Notes under the pieces: model-generated | The model's database searches: none | The model's input: only the letters and a program-made list of their open reading frames with translations | Told to the model about the DNA's origin: nothing | Position numbers and translations under genes: made by a program | Shown here: positions 19,754 through 29,930 of the stretch, in pieces | Position numbering within the stretch: the first letter of the stretch is position 1 | Layout of the letters: each line of letters starts with the position of its first letter | Assembly: GCA_041740355.1 (NCBI GenBank) | Contig: JBGSMD010000038.1 | Coordinates: 1 to 64,000, forward strand | Direction: 5' to 3' | DNA: 64,000 nucleotides | Source: Bdellovibrionota bacterium | GTDB taxonomy: Bacteria; Bdellovibrionota_C; UBA2361; CALJRW01

Positions 19754-20647
19754 TTACAGGGCAACAATTTCCAGTGACAAATCAACCGCCACCGCACTAT
19801 GCGTTAAAGCGCCTACAGAGATGAAATCTACACCCGTTTCTGCTATTTTACGAACTGTATGTAAATTGACTCCTCCACTGGCTTCTAACTCTAGCTTTCC
19901 CTGGTTGAGATCAACGGCACTAAGCAATTCGGCATTTGCCATGTTATCTAAAAGAATTCGATTAACTCCACTCAATTTTAGAAAATTATTTACTTGTTCT
20001 AGTTTGTCGGCTTCTAACACTATAAAGATATCGGGGTAATCCTTTTTTAACAGCAAGATTCTTTCCTGTAATTTATTCAGATAATCTTCTCCAAGTTCAA
20101 CTAAGTGATTATCTTTAACCATCACAGCATCATAAAGTCCCATGCGATGATTAGTTCCACCACCAGCTAGAACGGCCTGTTTAGCTAACACCCTAAAGCC
20201 TGGAGTTGTTTTACGTGTATCAAGAATTTTTGCATTAGTACCGCTAATTTGATCTACGTACTGTTTTGTTAATGTAGCAATCCCTGACATTCGCTGCATA
20301 AAATTAAGGACTATTCGCTCTGCTGATAAAATAGATTGATAACTCCCAGTAATTTCAAGAACGGCTTCAAAACAATTTACTAAATCGCCTTCCGTTTTAA
20401 AACATGTAAAAGTTAACCTAGGATCAATTCGCTTGATAATTAGCTCGGCTACGGCCAATCCTGACAAGACAATAGGAGTATCTGACTTGGAAATTATTGT
20501 GGCTCGGGCCTTGGCGCTTTGGGAAATAAAATACTTTGTTGTTAGATCCCCTTCTTGCCCCAGATCTTCGACAATAGCTAGTTCAATTAATTTACTAATC
20601 AGCTCTAAGTGTTCTTTCTTCACAATCAATCCCTGCGCAATAATCAT
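19754..20647 (-). CDS. nadC: Nicotinate-nucleotide diphosphorylase
   Basis: DTRKTTPG, NHRMGL, KDNH, LLDN, EASGG, SVGALTH. Confidence 0.96.
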   Translation of the reverse strand: MIIAQGLIVKKEHLELISKLIELAIVEDLGQEGDLTTKYFISQSAKARATIISKSDTPIVLSGLAVAELIIKRIDPRLTFTCFKTEGDLVNCFEAVLEITGSYQSILSAERIVLNFMQRMSGIATLTKQYVDQISGTNAKILDTRKTTPGFRVLAKQAVLAGGGTNHRMGLYDAVMVKDNHLVELGEDYLNKLQERILLLKKDYPDIFIVLEADKLEQVNNFLKLSGVNRILLDNMANAELLSAVDLNQGKLELEASGGVNLHTVRKIAETGVDFISVGALTHSAVAVDLSLEIVAL

Positions 20648-21194
20648 ATAATCCTAAAAGTACTTTTCGAATATTAGCATTTTCTTTAATAAAAAGCTCG
20701 CTAGCTTGCGCTAAGATTGTTGTTCGATCCAGATCCGAACTAAGTCTCATTTCATTTATAATTCTAATCAATGTCCGCTCAGATCCATTTGTAGTTAATA
20801 ATACAGGAAGACTAGTCGCTTGATGTTGAGAAACAATTAAACTTGAACCGATAATCATAGCAATGAAAGTTAAAATACGATCAGAAAATCTACCTAGAAT
20901 CTGAAAGCCATCCACAATTATAATCTGAGAAGTAAAAAGCTTACCCAATATCTGCCAAAAAAAAAGCTTGGAATTTTCGCTAGTAAAATAACTTACTTGA
21001 AATTCTTTTTTTCGCAGTCGCTCAGCTAAACATTCTAAAAAAGTAGTTTTCCCACTACCATGTGCCCCGACTACGGCAACACGATAATCAAGAATTTGGA
21101 GTTTCACTAAAATACATTGCCATTCTTCTTCTGTAAAATAATAATTTATCCTGAGTAATTCTCTAGTAGCAAATGGATTAACCTTAGGCTTCAT
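20595..21194 (-). CDS. P-loop NTPase-domain hypothetical protein
   Basis: Walker A GAHGSGKTT, Walker B IIIVDG. Confidence 0.7.
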   Translation of the reverse strand: MKPKVNPFATRELLRINYYFTEEEWQCILVKLQILDYRVAVVGAHGSGKTTFLECLAERLRKKEFQVSYFTSENSKLFFWQILGKLFTSQIIIVDGFQILGRFSDRILTFIAMIIGSSLIVSQHQATSLPVLLTTNGSERTLIRIINEMRLSSDLDRTTILAQASELFIKENANIRKVLLGLYDYCAGIDCEERTLRAD

Positions 21195-21549
21195 TAATTA
21201 CTATCTCCCTAGCCTCTGGACCTACAATGATTTCAACTTCCATTTTTTCAGTTGTCGGATTTGTGACAACTTCTACTATCCATAGAATTGAAATTAACTT
21301 TCCTGAAAAGCTCCAAGGACCAGTCTTCGGTATTTTTAAACTAAAGTTAGCTTCTCCCCGTTTGGTATGTTGTGAAATAACGATTTGGTCTACTCGATCG
21401 TTATCTTCAGTTCCTTTACCTTGCGTATGCCAAAGCAGATTTACTACCACCTCTTTCGGTCCAGATTCTAAATCCCAATTCACTTTACCAGTGACATCAT
21501 CTCCGGGATGAAAATTTTTCACTCCTAATGTCGTATTAATCTCAATCAT
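21184..21549 (-). CDS. Hypothetical protein (Ig/arrestin-like beta fold)
   Basis: WHTQGKG, GPWSFSGKLISI; overlaps both neighbours. Confidence 0.7.
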   Translation of the reverse strand: MIEINTTLGVKNFHPGDDVTGKVNWDLESGPKEVVVNLLWHTQGKGTEDNDRVDQIVISQHTKRGEANFSLKIPKTGPWSFSGKLISILWIVEVVTNPTTEKMEVEIIVGPEAREIVINEA

Positions 21550-23201
21550 TTTGGACTCACCACTAATTCAAAAATTTCTTTTAGGTCCGGATAATTGGCA
21601 ACTTGGATAACAAATTTCAAATTATAAACTAATTTATTATTCGGTGCGTTAAAAGAATGGATCAGGTCATTGGGTAACTTTAAAAGAGCCTCCCCTTGAC
21701 GTTCTCGGGATCTACCACTTTGCTTGTAAAGATTCTGAGTGTATATAACCTTTTTGTCTGTTGTAGTATCTGTGCCACGACGATAAGTAGCTCGTTCTTC
21801 TAGTTCAAAATCAATAGTAATTCCCTCAATTTGTCGCTTAGTGCGATCCAATCGCCAATATATTTTATACTCTCTTCCCGGACTTAAAGGGTGTGCGTCT
21901 ATTTCAACAAGTAACTTGGGATTAAATAATTGCAAGAAGCAATGGAACATAGCGTAAATTAACACTAATCCAATCACTCCAAAGATTATCGTCATTATCC
22001 AGGGAGCCTCCCCCCACATGACACAAACTACTCCGTTCCAGACTAATGCAAAAATTGTTATTCCAATAAACTTCGAGCCACGACTAATGTCCGGAATTAG
22101 AATAAAATTTTTGCTACCGGACTGTTGCTGTAAAACTTTATTGGGTAACCAATCTAATGAAATAATTGAATCAAGCTTCGGATCAGTCCTGTGAAGAGGC
22201 GGAATTACTTTGATACTCTTTAAAAGTGCATACAAAATTAAAATTAAACCTAGAGGAATTAAAGCAAATAAAAACAACAAAGAAGGAACTGTTGGTTCGA
22301 TTACAGCATTAATTGGTTGATGCGGATCTACGAGGATTTGAATCTTTTGACCAACGGGATATTTTTCTACAATTTGTTGTGACCGGGAATAACCACTAGA
22401 ACTATATTCAAAAAAACTACGCTGATCAGAATAATAGCTGCGACCACCAAGATTATACTTAAAAATAATATTTGGGGAATAAGTTGTTCCATCATCACTT
22501 TCAGATGACCTGACCTCACTCTTAACAACTTCAGCACTCTGCAAACTCCAATTTTTTGAGCTAATTACATTGCCATAAGGTTTGATAATTAAATAATAAC
22601 TACTAGCAATTATTCCTGCTAAAATCGGCAGGGTTAATAATAGTTTAATCTTCCATGAAATAGGTCCTAGTTTTTTAGAAACTCGAGAAGCGGAACTTTT
22701 TTTAAAATTAATAACCCCTGCCAATATTCCACAAATACCTATCACTATAAAAATTGCTGGAAATAGTAATATTAAAAATTTTGCTGGATTACCTCGAAGT
22801 AAAACATTTAAACCAGGATTATTGGATTCATAATAACATGGAACAGTAGAATTATTTGGAAATCGATCGAACAAACTATAGGCGTCCTTAAAATTTGAAT
22901 AACTTTGGTTCCGATTTCCATTTATGGGCAATGTAGAATTGCCGATTTTTTGATACTTTACTAGTTGATAACTAATGTTAACTAAAAAAGGTTTTTCTTC
23001 AGATAATTTAGTTTGAATTCTGGCGTCAATAATCTGACAGACTCCTTCATCCCAAAAGAAACTACGAGTATCCTGATAAAAGCTCTTCGCCATAATCACG
23101 AAGACAACAGACCCGATCAATAAGAAGAAAGAAAAAAATAGTACTAAAAAAAGCTTAGCACCCAAGGAGTTTTGATTTGTTGATGTAATTTTCATGCCCA
23201 C
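21546..23201 (-). CDS. DUF3592-domain membrane protein
   Basis: Two TM-flanked beta domains (YSPNIIFKY...YPVGQKIQILVDP); C-terminal ERATYRRGT and SFNAPNNK. Confidence 0.75.
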   Translation of the reverse strand: MGMKITSTNQNSLGAKLFLVLFFSFFLLIGSVVFVIMAKSFYQDTRSFFWDEGVCQIIDARIQTKLSEEKPFLVNISYQLVKYQKIGNSTLPINGNRNQSYSNFKDAYSLFDRFPNNSTVPCYYESNNPGLNVLLRGNPAKFLILLFPAIFIVIGICGILAGVINFKKSSASRVSKKLGPISWKIKLLLTLPILAGIIASSYYLIIKPYGNVISSKNWSLQSAEVVKSEVRSSESDDGTTYSPNIIFKYNLGGRSYYSDQRSFFEYSSSGYSRSQQIVEKYPVGQKIQILVDPHQPINAVIEPTVPSLLFLFALIPLGLILILYALLKSIKVIPPLHRTDPKLDSIISLDWLPNKVLQQQSGSKNFILIPDISRGSKFIGITIFALVWNGVVCVMWGEAPWIMTIIFGVIGLVLIYAMFHCFLQLFNPKLLVEIDAHPLSPGREYKIYWRLDRTKRQIEGITIDFELEERATYRRGTDTTTDKKVIYTQNLYKQSGRSRERQGEALLKLPNDLIHSFNAPNNKLVYNLKFVIQVANYPDLKEIFELVVSPK

Positions 23202-23274
23202 GTTTGCGGAAATCTCAATTCGCTATTTAGAATATGCTAAACCCCATTAAATATTGACCTGTTTGAAAAAAGTT

Positions 23275-23318
23275 TCCACCTTGTGGCTGAAACTTCGGTG
23301 GAAAAGGCGGCGGACAAA
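23275..23318 (+). repeat. Degenerate REP-like unit
   Basis: TCCACCTT...CTTCGGTGG...GGCGGACAA resembles the 30-nt unit at 36793. Confidence 0.45.
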
Positions 23319-23584
23319 TAATGCTTTCCCAGCATATAAGGTTTTACTATATTTTTTTCTTCAATTATTAGCCTTATTATATAAGCCTAGTATCCAAGCG
23401 CCCCCCTTGGCTTGCATTAAGCAAGCTTTGCTTGATTCACAAGGCGACTAGATTTAAAACCGTAATTTTCAATATCGACTAGTATAATTAATAAGATAAC
23501 ATTAAGTAAAGAAAAATAACTATAGTAATTATAATTTATATATAAAATACCTTTTAGTGTTGACTTGAATAATTGGGAAATTAT

Positions 23585-23614
23585 GACTCCTTCGCTGAAG
23601 CTTCGGCGGACAAG
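23585..23614 (+). repeat. 30-nt REP-like palindromic unit
   Basis: CCTTCGCTGAAGCTTCGGCGGACAAG, near-identical to 36793-36822. Confidence 0.75.
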
Positions 23615-23684
23615 GCGGCTGAGAACTAGGACTGCCTTTCGCAGATTGGGTTTTGTACAATTATTTTTACCAGCTGAAATAGTT

Positions 23685-25601
23685 TTATTTAAAAATATTA
23701 ATTATTTCATCTATAACTGCTGGATCGGCTAGGGTTGTGATATCTCCAATATCTTTGGTCTCTCCACTAGCAATCTTACGAAGTATCCGCCTCATAATTT
23801 TTCCAGAACGGGTTTTAGGAAGACCAGGCACGAAACAAACTTTTTCAGGCTGAGCAAAAGCTCCGATCTCCGCGCGAACCGCATCTTTTACTAGTTTCTC
23901 GGCTCCTTCGACCAAGCAATCTTTTAAAATACAAAATGCGATTATTGCTTGTCCTTTAATTTCATGCTCGACAGCAACTACAGCAGCTTCCGCAACTATC
24001 CCGGAGAAAATAATTGCGGACTCGACTTCGGCTGTGCCAATTCGATGACCAGAAACATTAATTACATCGTCGACTCTTCCAGTAATCCAATAGAAACCAT
24101 CGTCATCAAAATAAGCTGCATCTCCCGAGAAATACAATCCCTCAGCTTGCGAAAAATATGTCTGCTGAAAACGAGCATGATCACGGTAAACAGTTCTCAT
24201 CTGCCCGGGCCAACTTCCGGCAATAAATAAACGTCCCTTCTCCATAGGAGTTTGAATAATTTCATTATTCGGATCAAGAATTAATGGTTGGACTCCAAAG
24301 AACGGTCGGCTAACAGAGCCCGGTTTAGTCGCTATTGCACCAGGCAAAGCTGAAATTAAAATTCCACCGGTTTCGGTTTGCCACCATGTATCAACCAGTG
24401 CGCATTGGCTGCGACCAACTTTTTCATAGTACCAAAGCCAAGCCTCTTTATTAATTGGCTCTCCAACAGAACCAATAACTTTTAAGGAGCTTAAGTCGTA
24501 AAGATCCGGTCCATTTGGAGCTTCTTTGGCCACAGCACGAATTGCTGTCGGAGCTGTATAGAAAATATTAATTTTTAATTTTTCAATTAATTGCCAATAT
24601 CTTTCAGAGGTAGGATAAGTTGGAGTTGACTCAAAGAGCACCGTAGTCGCACCATTCGCTAAGGGTCCATAGACTACATAAGAGTGTCCGGTGATCCAAC
24701 CAATATCTGCCGCACAACAAAAAATATCACCATCCTGATAATCAAATACATATTTATGAGTTACTGCAGTATAAAGTAAATAGCCCCCAGTAGTATGAAG
24801 TACCCCTTTTGGTTGCCCGGTTGAACCTGAAGTATATAAAATAAATAGTGGTGCTTCCGCGGACATCACTTGATAATCAGCGTAATCGGGAAAATTATTA
24901 ATTACATCCTGATAAATTAGATCCCGCCCATTTTGAATCGCAAATTCTTGTTCGCTTCGCTTAACAATAATTACATTTTTAACACAATTAACATCGACCA
25001 GTGCCTGATCGACAATCTGTTTTAACGGAACTACTTTATCTCCTCTAAACCCTTCGTTAGCAGTAATTAATAACTTTGCTTCGGAATCTAAAAGGCGATC
25101 ACGTATAGCATGTGCAGAAAATCCAGCAAAAATGACTGAATGAATTGCGCCAATCCGAGCACAGGCCAACATGGCAAACACAGCCTCCGGAACCATTGGC
25201 AGATAAATAGCAATTCGATCTCCTGCTTGAACCCCAAGACTTCGGTATAAATTTGCTAAACGACAAACCTCATACAGTAATTCCTGATAAGTAATTGTTC
25301 TACTTTCTCCAGGGAAATTACCTTCCCAAATTAAAGCTGGCTGATTTGCTCTTTCTGGTAAATGGCGATCTATGCAGTTATAACAGACATTTAGTTCTGC
25401 TCCTTCAAACCAGCTTACTCGGGCATTAGTAAAGTCACAGTTACTAACGCTATCCCAACTCTTTTCCCAAGAAATAAACTCTTCTGCTAGCCCTGCCCAA
25501 AATTGATCTGGGTGACGAGTCGACTCGGCATACATTTTTTCGTATTGTTTACTATTAATATGTGCAGATTTTTTTAAATTCTTTGGAATTGGAAATTTCA
25601 T
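23685..25601 (-). CDS. acs: Acetyl-CoA synthetase (AMP-forming)
   Basis: YTSGSTGQPKG, DTWWQTETG, PKTRSGKIMRR. Confidence 0.96.
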   Translation of the reverse strand: MKFPIPKNLKKSAHINSKQYEKMYAESTRHPDQFWAGLAEEFISWEKSWDSVSNCDFTNARVSWFEGAELNVCYNCIDRHLPERANQPALIWEGNFPGESRTITYQELLYEVCRLANLYRSLGVQAGDRIAIYLPMVPEAVFAMLACARIGAIHSVIFAGFSAHAIRDRLLDSEAKLLITANEGFRGDKVVPLKQIVDQALVDVNCVKNVIIVKRSEQEFAIQNGRDLIYQDVINNFPDYADYQVMSAEAPLFILYTSGSTGQPKGVLHTTGGYLLYTAVTHKYVFDYQDGDIFCCAADIGWITGHSYVVYGPLANGATTVLFESTPTYPTSERYWQLIEKLKINIFYTAPTAIRAVAKEAPNGPDLYDLSSLKVIGSVGEPINKEAWLWYYEKVGRSQCALVDTWWQTETGGILISALPGAIATKPGSVSRPFFGVQPLILDPNNEIIQTPMEKGRLFIAGSWPGQMRTVYRDHARFQQTYFSQAEGLYFSGDAAYFDDDGFYWITGRVDDVINVSGHRIGTAEVESAIIFSGIVAEAAVVAVEHEIKGQAIIAFCILKDCLVEGAEKLVKDAVRAEIGAFAQPEKVCFVPGLPKTRSGKIMRRILRKIASGETKDIGDITTLADPAVIDEIINIFK

Positions 25602-26099
25602 AGAAGATTAACTTTACTAAAAATTTAGTGTTCGAACTATAGTTTATTCCAAATAGTAACTTTTGGTATGTAAACAAGCACGAACCTTGCTACGTAGTTG
25701 ATTGCGACCAAAGAGTTTAACGTCTCAGCACCAAACAAAGAATCTAGCAAAATTTAAATACTGACTGGAGTTCATACCAAGAGCAAAAACAAAGTTACCA
25801 CCTAGGATTTGCAAATCCCCTTTAAGTAGCTTTTTTGGGTCCAACCCTACTAAGTTGCAACTCAAGATAAAGTTTTTCTAGCTAGACTATGGATTTATTA
25901 TTTAAATATTTAAAATATTAAATCTTATCATGTTTTTCTTTAATTTTAACAGTTTTAATGTTACAATTTCCCAACTTAAACTAGGCAAATTTTTTCATTT
26001 GCCTTACAATTTGTGCTTAACTTCATCTAAGTTAAGTCTGATTCAGGCTGAATTTCAAATTTTAGGACTGAATTATTTTAAATATTTTTGGATAAAATC

Positions 26100-26459
26100 A
26101 TGAAAAAATTAATAATTTTAAGCTTAACGCTAGCGCTATTTGTTGCCTGTCAAAAACCTACAAATGAAGGAAAACTAGAAGAAGCTGGTAAGAAAATGGA
26201 TGCTGCTGTTCAAGAAATGGAAAACAAAGGAGCCGAAGCATTAGAAGCGGCTAACGAAGTAATGGATGATGCTAAAGAGGCTACAGACGAAGCATTAGAT
26301 GATGCTGGTGAAGCTTTAAAAGGTGCTGAAAATGCTGCAGGTCAAGCTTTAGATAATGCTGGTGAAGCAATTGATGATACAGTTGGATTGGAAGATCATA
26401 CAGGTCACGATCACGAGGAGATCGAAGAAACTGTTGATGAGATTATTGAAGTAAAGTAA
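26100..26459 (+). CDS. Acidic helical lipoprotein
   Basis: Lipobox LFVAC; Ala/Glu/Asp repeats. Confidence 0.75.
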   Translation: MKKLIILSLTLALFVACQKPTNEGKLEEAGKKMDAAVQEMENKGAEALEAANEVMDDAKEATDEALDDAGEALKGAENAAGQALDNAGEAIDDTVGLEDHTGHDHEEIEETVDEIIEVK

Positions 26460-26480
26460 TTCAAAGTAATTTATTATTTT

Positions 26481-26502
26481 ACCCTGAGCGAAGCCGAAGG
26501 GT
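26481..26502. repeat. Short REP-like hairpin between convergent genes
   Basis: ACCCTGAGCGAAGCCGAAGGGT, GC-rich palindrome in AT-rich spacer. Confidence 0.55.
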
Positions 26503-26538
26503 AAGCACACTAACCATAATTCAAGTTTGGTTAGTGTG

Positions 26539-27381
26539 CTAAATCGCAATAAGCATTCCCATAATTGATAACAGCGCACCAATAGTTTTTCGAAGTATAT
26601 TTTGCTCTTGAAAAATCTTCTTACCAGAAAAAACAGCAAACAATAAACTGATGTTCTTAAATGTTGATAATTGAGGGGCTTGAATAAAATTCAAAGCACC
26701 TAGCTTACAAATCATAAATAAACATTCAAATAAACCGCGAGAAAGAAATGCTCTGGTATTAACAACCAAAGTGCCCAACTGTTTTCTTTTTCTAATTACT
26801 AAAGGAAAAAGTATTATTCCAGCAATTACCGTCATCGAAAAACCTGTGAGTGTTGCGCTCGCCTCTTGAACAGCCATCCGATCTAGACAAGCATTTAAAC
26901 TAAAAAAAATACAAGATATACCTGCTGCCCAAAGCCCTGTTTTATTATTACTGATTGAACTTGGTTTGTATAAAATAACTATACTCACAACAACTGAAAA
27001 GATTACACCAACAATAATTTCCGGAGTTAAAACATCCCCAGTTAAAATGGGAGAGAGAAATAGCATCAGAATTGGATAAAGTGTAAAGATGGAAGAAACA
27101 ATTGATAAGTCAGCATTTTTCAAGGCAATCATTTTCCCATACTCGGCAGCAGAATCTAAAACTCCACGAAGAATAACCCAAAGAAAAAACGAGCTGCCTA
27201 TTCTAAAATCCTCTTGTCCAGTTAAATATAAACCGAACAGAATAATTAAATAGAAAGGTATGGCAAAAAGAAACGAGGCAAAAGCAGAAGTGACACTCTC
27301 AACTTTAGTAGATAATTGTTTGCTGACAATATCACGGATTGTTAGAAAAACAGCGGAAAGCAGCGCTAATGATATGCCCAA
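26539..27381 (-). CDS. EamA/DMT family transporter
   Basis: About 10 TM segments, duplicated EamA pattern. Confidence 0.8.
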   Translation of the reverse strand: MGISLALLSAVFLTIRDIVSKQLSTKVESVTSAFASFLFAIPFYLIILFGLYLTGQEDFRIGSSFFLWVILRGVLDSAAEYGKMIALKNADLSIVSSIFTLYPILMLFLSPILTGDVLTPEIIVGVIFSVVVSIVILYKPSSISNNKTGLWAAGISCIFFSLNACLDRMAVQEASATLTGFSMTVIAGIILFPLVIRKRKQLGTLVVNTRAFLSRGLFECLFMICKLGALNFIQAPQLSTFKNISLLFAVFSGKKIFQEQNILRKTIGALLSIMGMLIAI

Positions 27382-27405
27382 GAGTAAAAAGTACCTTTTT
27401 TAAAT

Positions 27406-27553
27406 TATAGAAAGTCCAAAAAGTAATTTACGTAAGAAAATTACTTTTGGGGGCTTTCTATCCCCCGGAGGGATAATAAAATCATATAGTTATGACAAAA
27501 AAGCAAATTAATCTATATACTTTTTACGTAATTTATTTTTTGTCATCACTATA
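27406..27553 (+). mobile_element. MITE family A copy A5 (148 bp)
   Basis: Near-identical to A1; TATAG...CTATA. Confidence 0.88.
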
Positions 27554-27593
27554 ATTAAGTGTTAGCAAGCTTCTAAAGATGCTTCAACCTTTT

Positions 27594-27740
27594 TAAAGAA
27601 AGTCCAAAAAGTCACTTAGGTAAGGAAACTACTTTTTGGGGCATTCTATCCACCGCAAGCGTAGTAAAATCATATATTTATTACAAAAAACAAGTTGCTC
27701 TATTTTATTTATACGCAATTTATTTTTTGGAATAACTATA
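27594..27740 (+). mobile_element. MITE family A copy A6 (diverged, tandem with A5)
   Basis: Same layout, 40 bp after A5. Confidence 0.8.
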
Positions 27741-27945
27741 TTATTTCAAAAGTCCGCCATACAATCTAAAGATTTTCTGAATTTAAATTGCGCGTTAACT
27801 ATTAACATTCTAGTAAAGGTTTTTCTTAAAAAGCGAAGTATTGATTCAAACAGAATCGTAATTTAAAGCTTAGAGCCCTCTCACAGGACATAATATGTTA
27901 ATGACAAAATATTTTTGGATCTAATATTTTAACATTTGCTACATC

Positions 27946-28482
27946 CTATAGACTAGATTTTCTTCTTTTAGCATATATTTTTATTGAAAGAAGCAACAAG
28001 ATTGCCAAAAATATTAAACCAAAAATGATCGAATAAACACTGAGTTGCCCTTTTAAGGTAACAACAAAAACAATCCCAAAGAGAAATAATGTGGCAACTT
28101 CATTCCATAGGCGGAGTTGAAACGGAGAGTATTTAAAATTACTAACAAGTTGTTGTTTATAAATAAGCTGACATGAGAAGTGATATAGATACAAGAAGAG
28201 AACCAAGAAGAGTTTTAAAATTAACCAAGCTGGTGTTGCCCCAAAAAGATAAACTAAAATAGTTCCGAAACAAAAAGTAATAATTGCTGATGGCCAAGTA
28301 ATACCATACCAAAGACGTCGCTTCATTAAGCTATACTGTTCTTGCAGAATTTGTTTTTTAAGTTCATCTTTTAACTCATTTGCTTCTGCCGAATAGATAA
28401 ATAAACGGACGATATAAAATAAACCCGCAAACCAAGTGACGACAAAGACAATGTGAAAAGCTTTAAAGATTACGTAAGTCAT
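27946..28482 (-). CDS. hemJ: Protoporphyrinogen oxidase HemJ (CopD family)
   Basis: KAFHIVFVVTWFAGLFYIVRLFIY, RLWNEVAT. Confidence 0.9.
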   Translation of the reverse strand: MTYVIFKAFHIVFVVTWFAGLFYIVRLFIYSAEANELKDELKKQILQEQYSLMKRRLWYGITWPSAIITFCFGTILVYLFGATPAWLILKLFLVLFLYLYHFSCQLIYKQQLVSNFKYSPFQLRLWNEVATLFLFGIVFVVTLKGQLSVYSIIFGLIFLAILLLLSIKIYAKRRKSSL

Positions 28483-29308
28483 TTTTTAAATATTCTAATG
28501 ATTCAGTAGCAAAGTCTGTAATAATATAATCGACTGAAGACTCAACGAGTCTCTTCAGAGTAGGCTGATAGTTGGCGAATGTCCAGTTAGAATGTTCGGG
28601 ATCGTCATAAGCTGGTGAAACAGAATAGGAACCAACGGCAATCCCACTCTCATGTAACAACTTAATAATTTTGGGTTGTGCTGTTAAAACTTGATCTGGA
28701 AACTGCAGTAATGCGATATCTAAACTCTTAGCAAATTCAATTAAATCTTCAATCTGACCCACACGATCTGTCCAGACATTTAAACCTAATTTCATCAGAG
28801 GATTTAGAATTCTTAATTTTTGTAAGATTATTTCATTAAAACAAAGCACTATAAAACGCAGGTCAGCTAATTTTCTAAATTCTTGATCGGCCGCTTGGAC
28901 AATTAAATTTTCAAATTCGACATTAGGATTTTCCCAAAAATAAGGATCTTTGAGTTCAATTAAAGCGGTTTTACTTTTCCAGGCTAATTTCTTTAAATCA
29001 TTAAATAGAGGAATTTTAATATCAGAAAACTTGGGATCAAACCAACTGCCCGCATCAAGTGTTAATATTTCAGATTTCTTAAGTTGATTAACCCATGCTC
29101 TTTTAGAATCTCTTTTAGCTAATTTTAATTTACCATTAAATGGAACCAGAGTTTCTTGATGAAGTGCCACTAAAGTTAAATCTGAAGTAAGCTCAAGATC
29201 AAATTCAACTCCCGCAATATCGATATCCAGGGCATGTTCAATAGCGAGCTTGGTATTTTCGGGATACTCACTGCGAAGTCCTCGATGTGCTATTATCTTA
29301 CTTTTCAT
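28463..29308 (-). CDS. Glycerophosphodiester phosphodiesterase family
   Basis: AHRG, PENT, EFD, LDAGSWF, IELK, IITD. Confidence 0.88.
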   Translation of the reverse strand: MKSKIIAHRGLRSEYPENTKLAIEHALDIDIAGVEFDLELTSDLTLVALHQETLVPFNGKLKLAKRDSKRAWVNQLKKSEILTLDAGSWFDPKFSDIKIPLFNDLKKLAWKSKTALIELKDPYFWENPNVEFENLIVQAADQEFRKLADLRFIVLCFNEIILQKLRILNPLMKLGLNVWTDRVGQIEDLIEFAKSLDIALLQFPDQVLTAQPKIIKLLHESGIAVGSYSVSPAYDDPEHSNWTFANYQPTLKRLVESSVDYIITDFATESLEYLKNDLRNL

Positions 29309-29445
29309 TACTTCCTATGAATAAAACCAGAACTTGAGTCAGTATAAACTACTTTGTGACCTTAGTCATAGGGAAGAATAGACAGTTTTCATTACTTCAT
29401 GGTAATAATTACCGATAATCCTTAATTGATTTAAAGATATTAACT

Positions 29446-29856
29446 ATGAAAGCAATAAAAATATTTCTTACTTCGCTATTCGCCCTTAGTGCTTGCACTG
29501 CTGGAATTTATGAACCAACACCTGACGAATTAGCAAAAGCTGATTATGGTGTTCAACCTGAAAACAGTACCTTACCAGACTTAGTGCAGGCTTATTTTAA
29601 ATCCTCTCCAATTTACGATCCCCGAGGTGTCTTGGTTGAAAAGTGTTCCAAACTTTACCAAGGTTGGAAGCCAGGTCCTAATCCCGAATATAATAACCCC
29701 AACTCATTTATCTATGGATGGAAAACTGATTGCGACATCAACCCCAAAGATTCATCTGGTGCCTATATCGGAGCAATTTGGGAAACATACTTTATTAAAG
29801 ATGGACAAGTAATTGATGGATTTATTCCTCAAGGCTATAAACCAATCTTTGAATAG
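29446..29856 (+). CDS. Hypothetical lipoprotein
   Basis: Lipobox LSAC; PTPDELAKADYG. Confidence 0.75.
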   Translation: MKAIKIFLTSLFALSACTAGIYEPTPDELAKADYGVQPENSTLPDLVQAYFKSSPIYDPRGVLVEKCSKLYQGWKPGPNPEYNNPNSFIYGWKTDCDINPKDSSGAYIGAIWETYFIKDGQVIDGFIPQGYKPIFE

Positions 29857-29930
29857 TTTCTAATTCTTCAAGATAATCCTTCCCTTGATCTATGAGATCA
29901 AGGGAACAATCCTCTCCGTTATTGTAATTT

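Noticed and set aside
27636-27866. 76-aa ORF (also 11884-12084 and 14397-14582)
   Set aside because: Reads through MITE sequence; no protein-like features.
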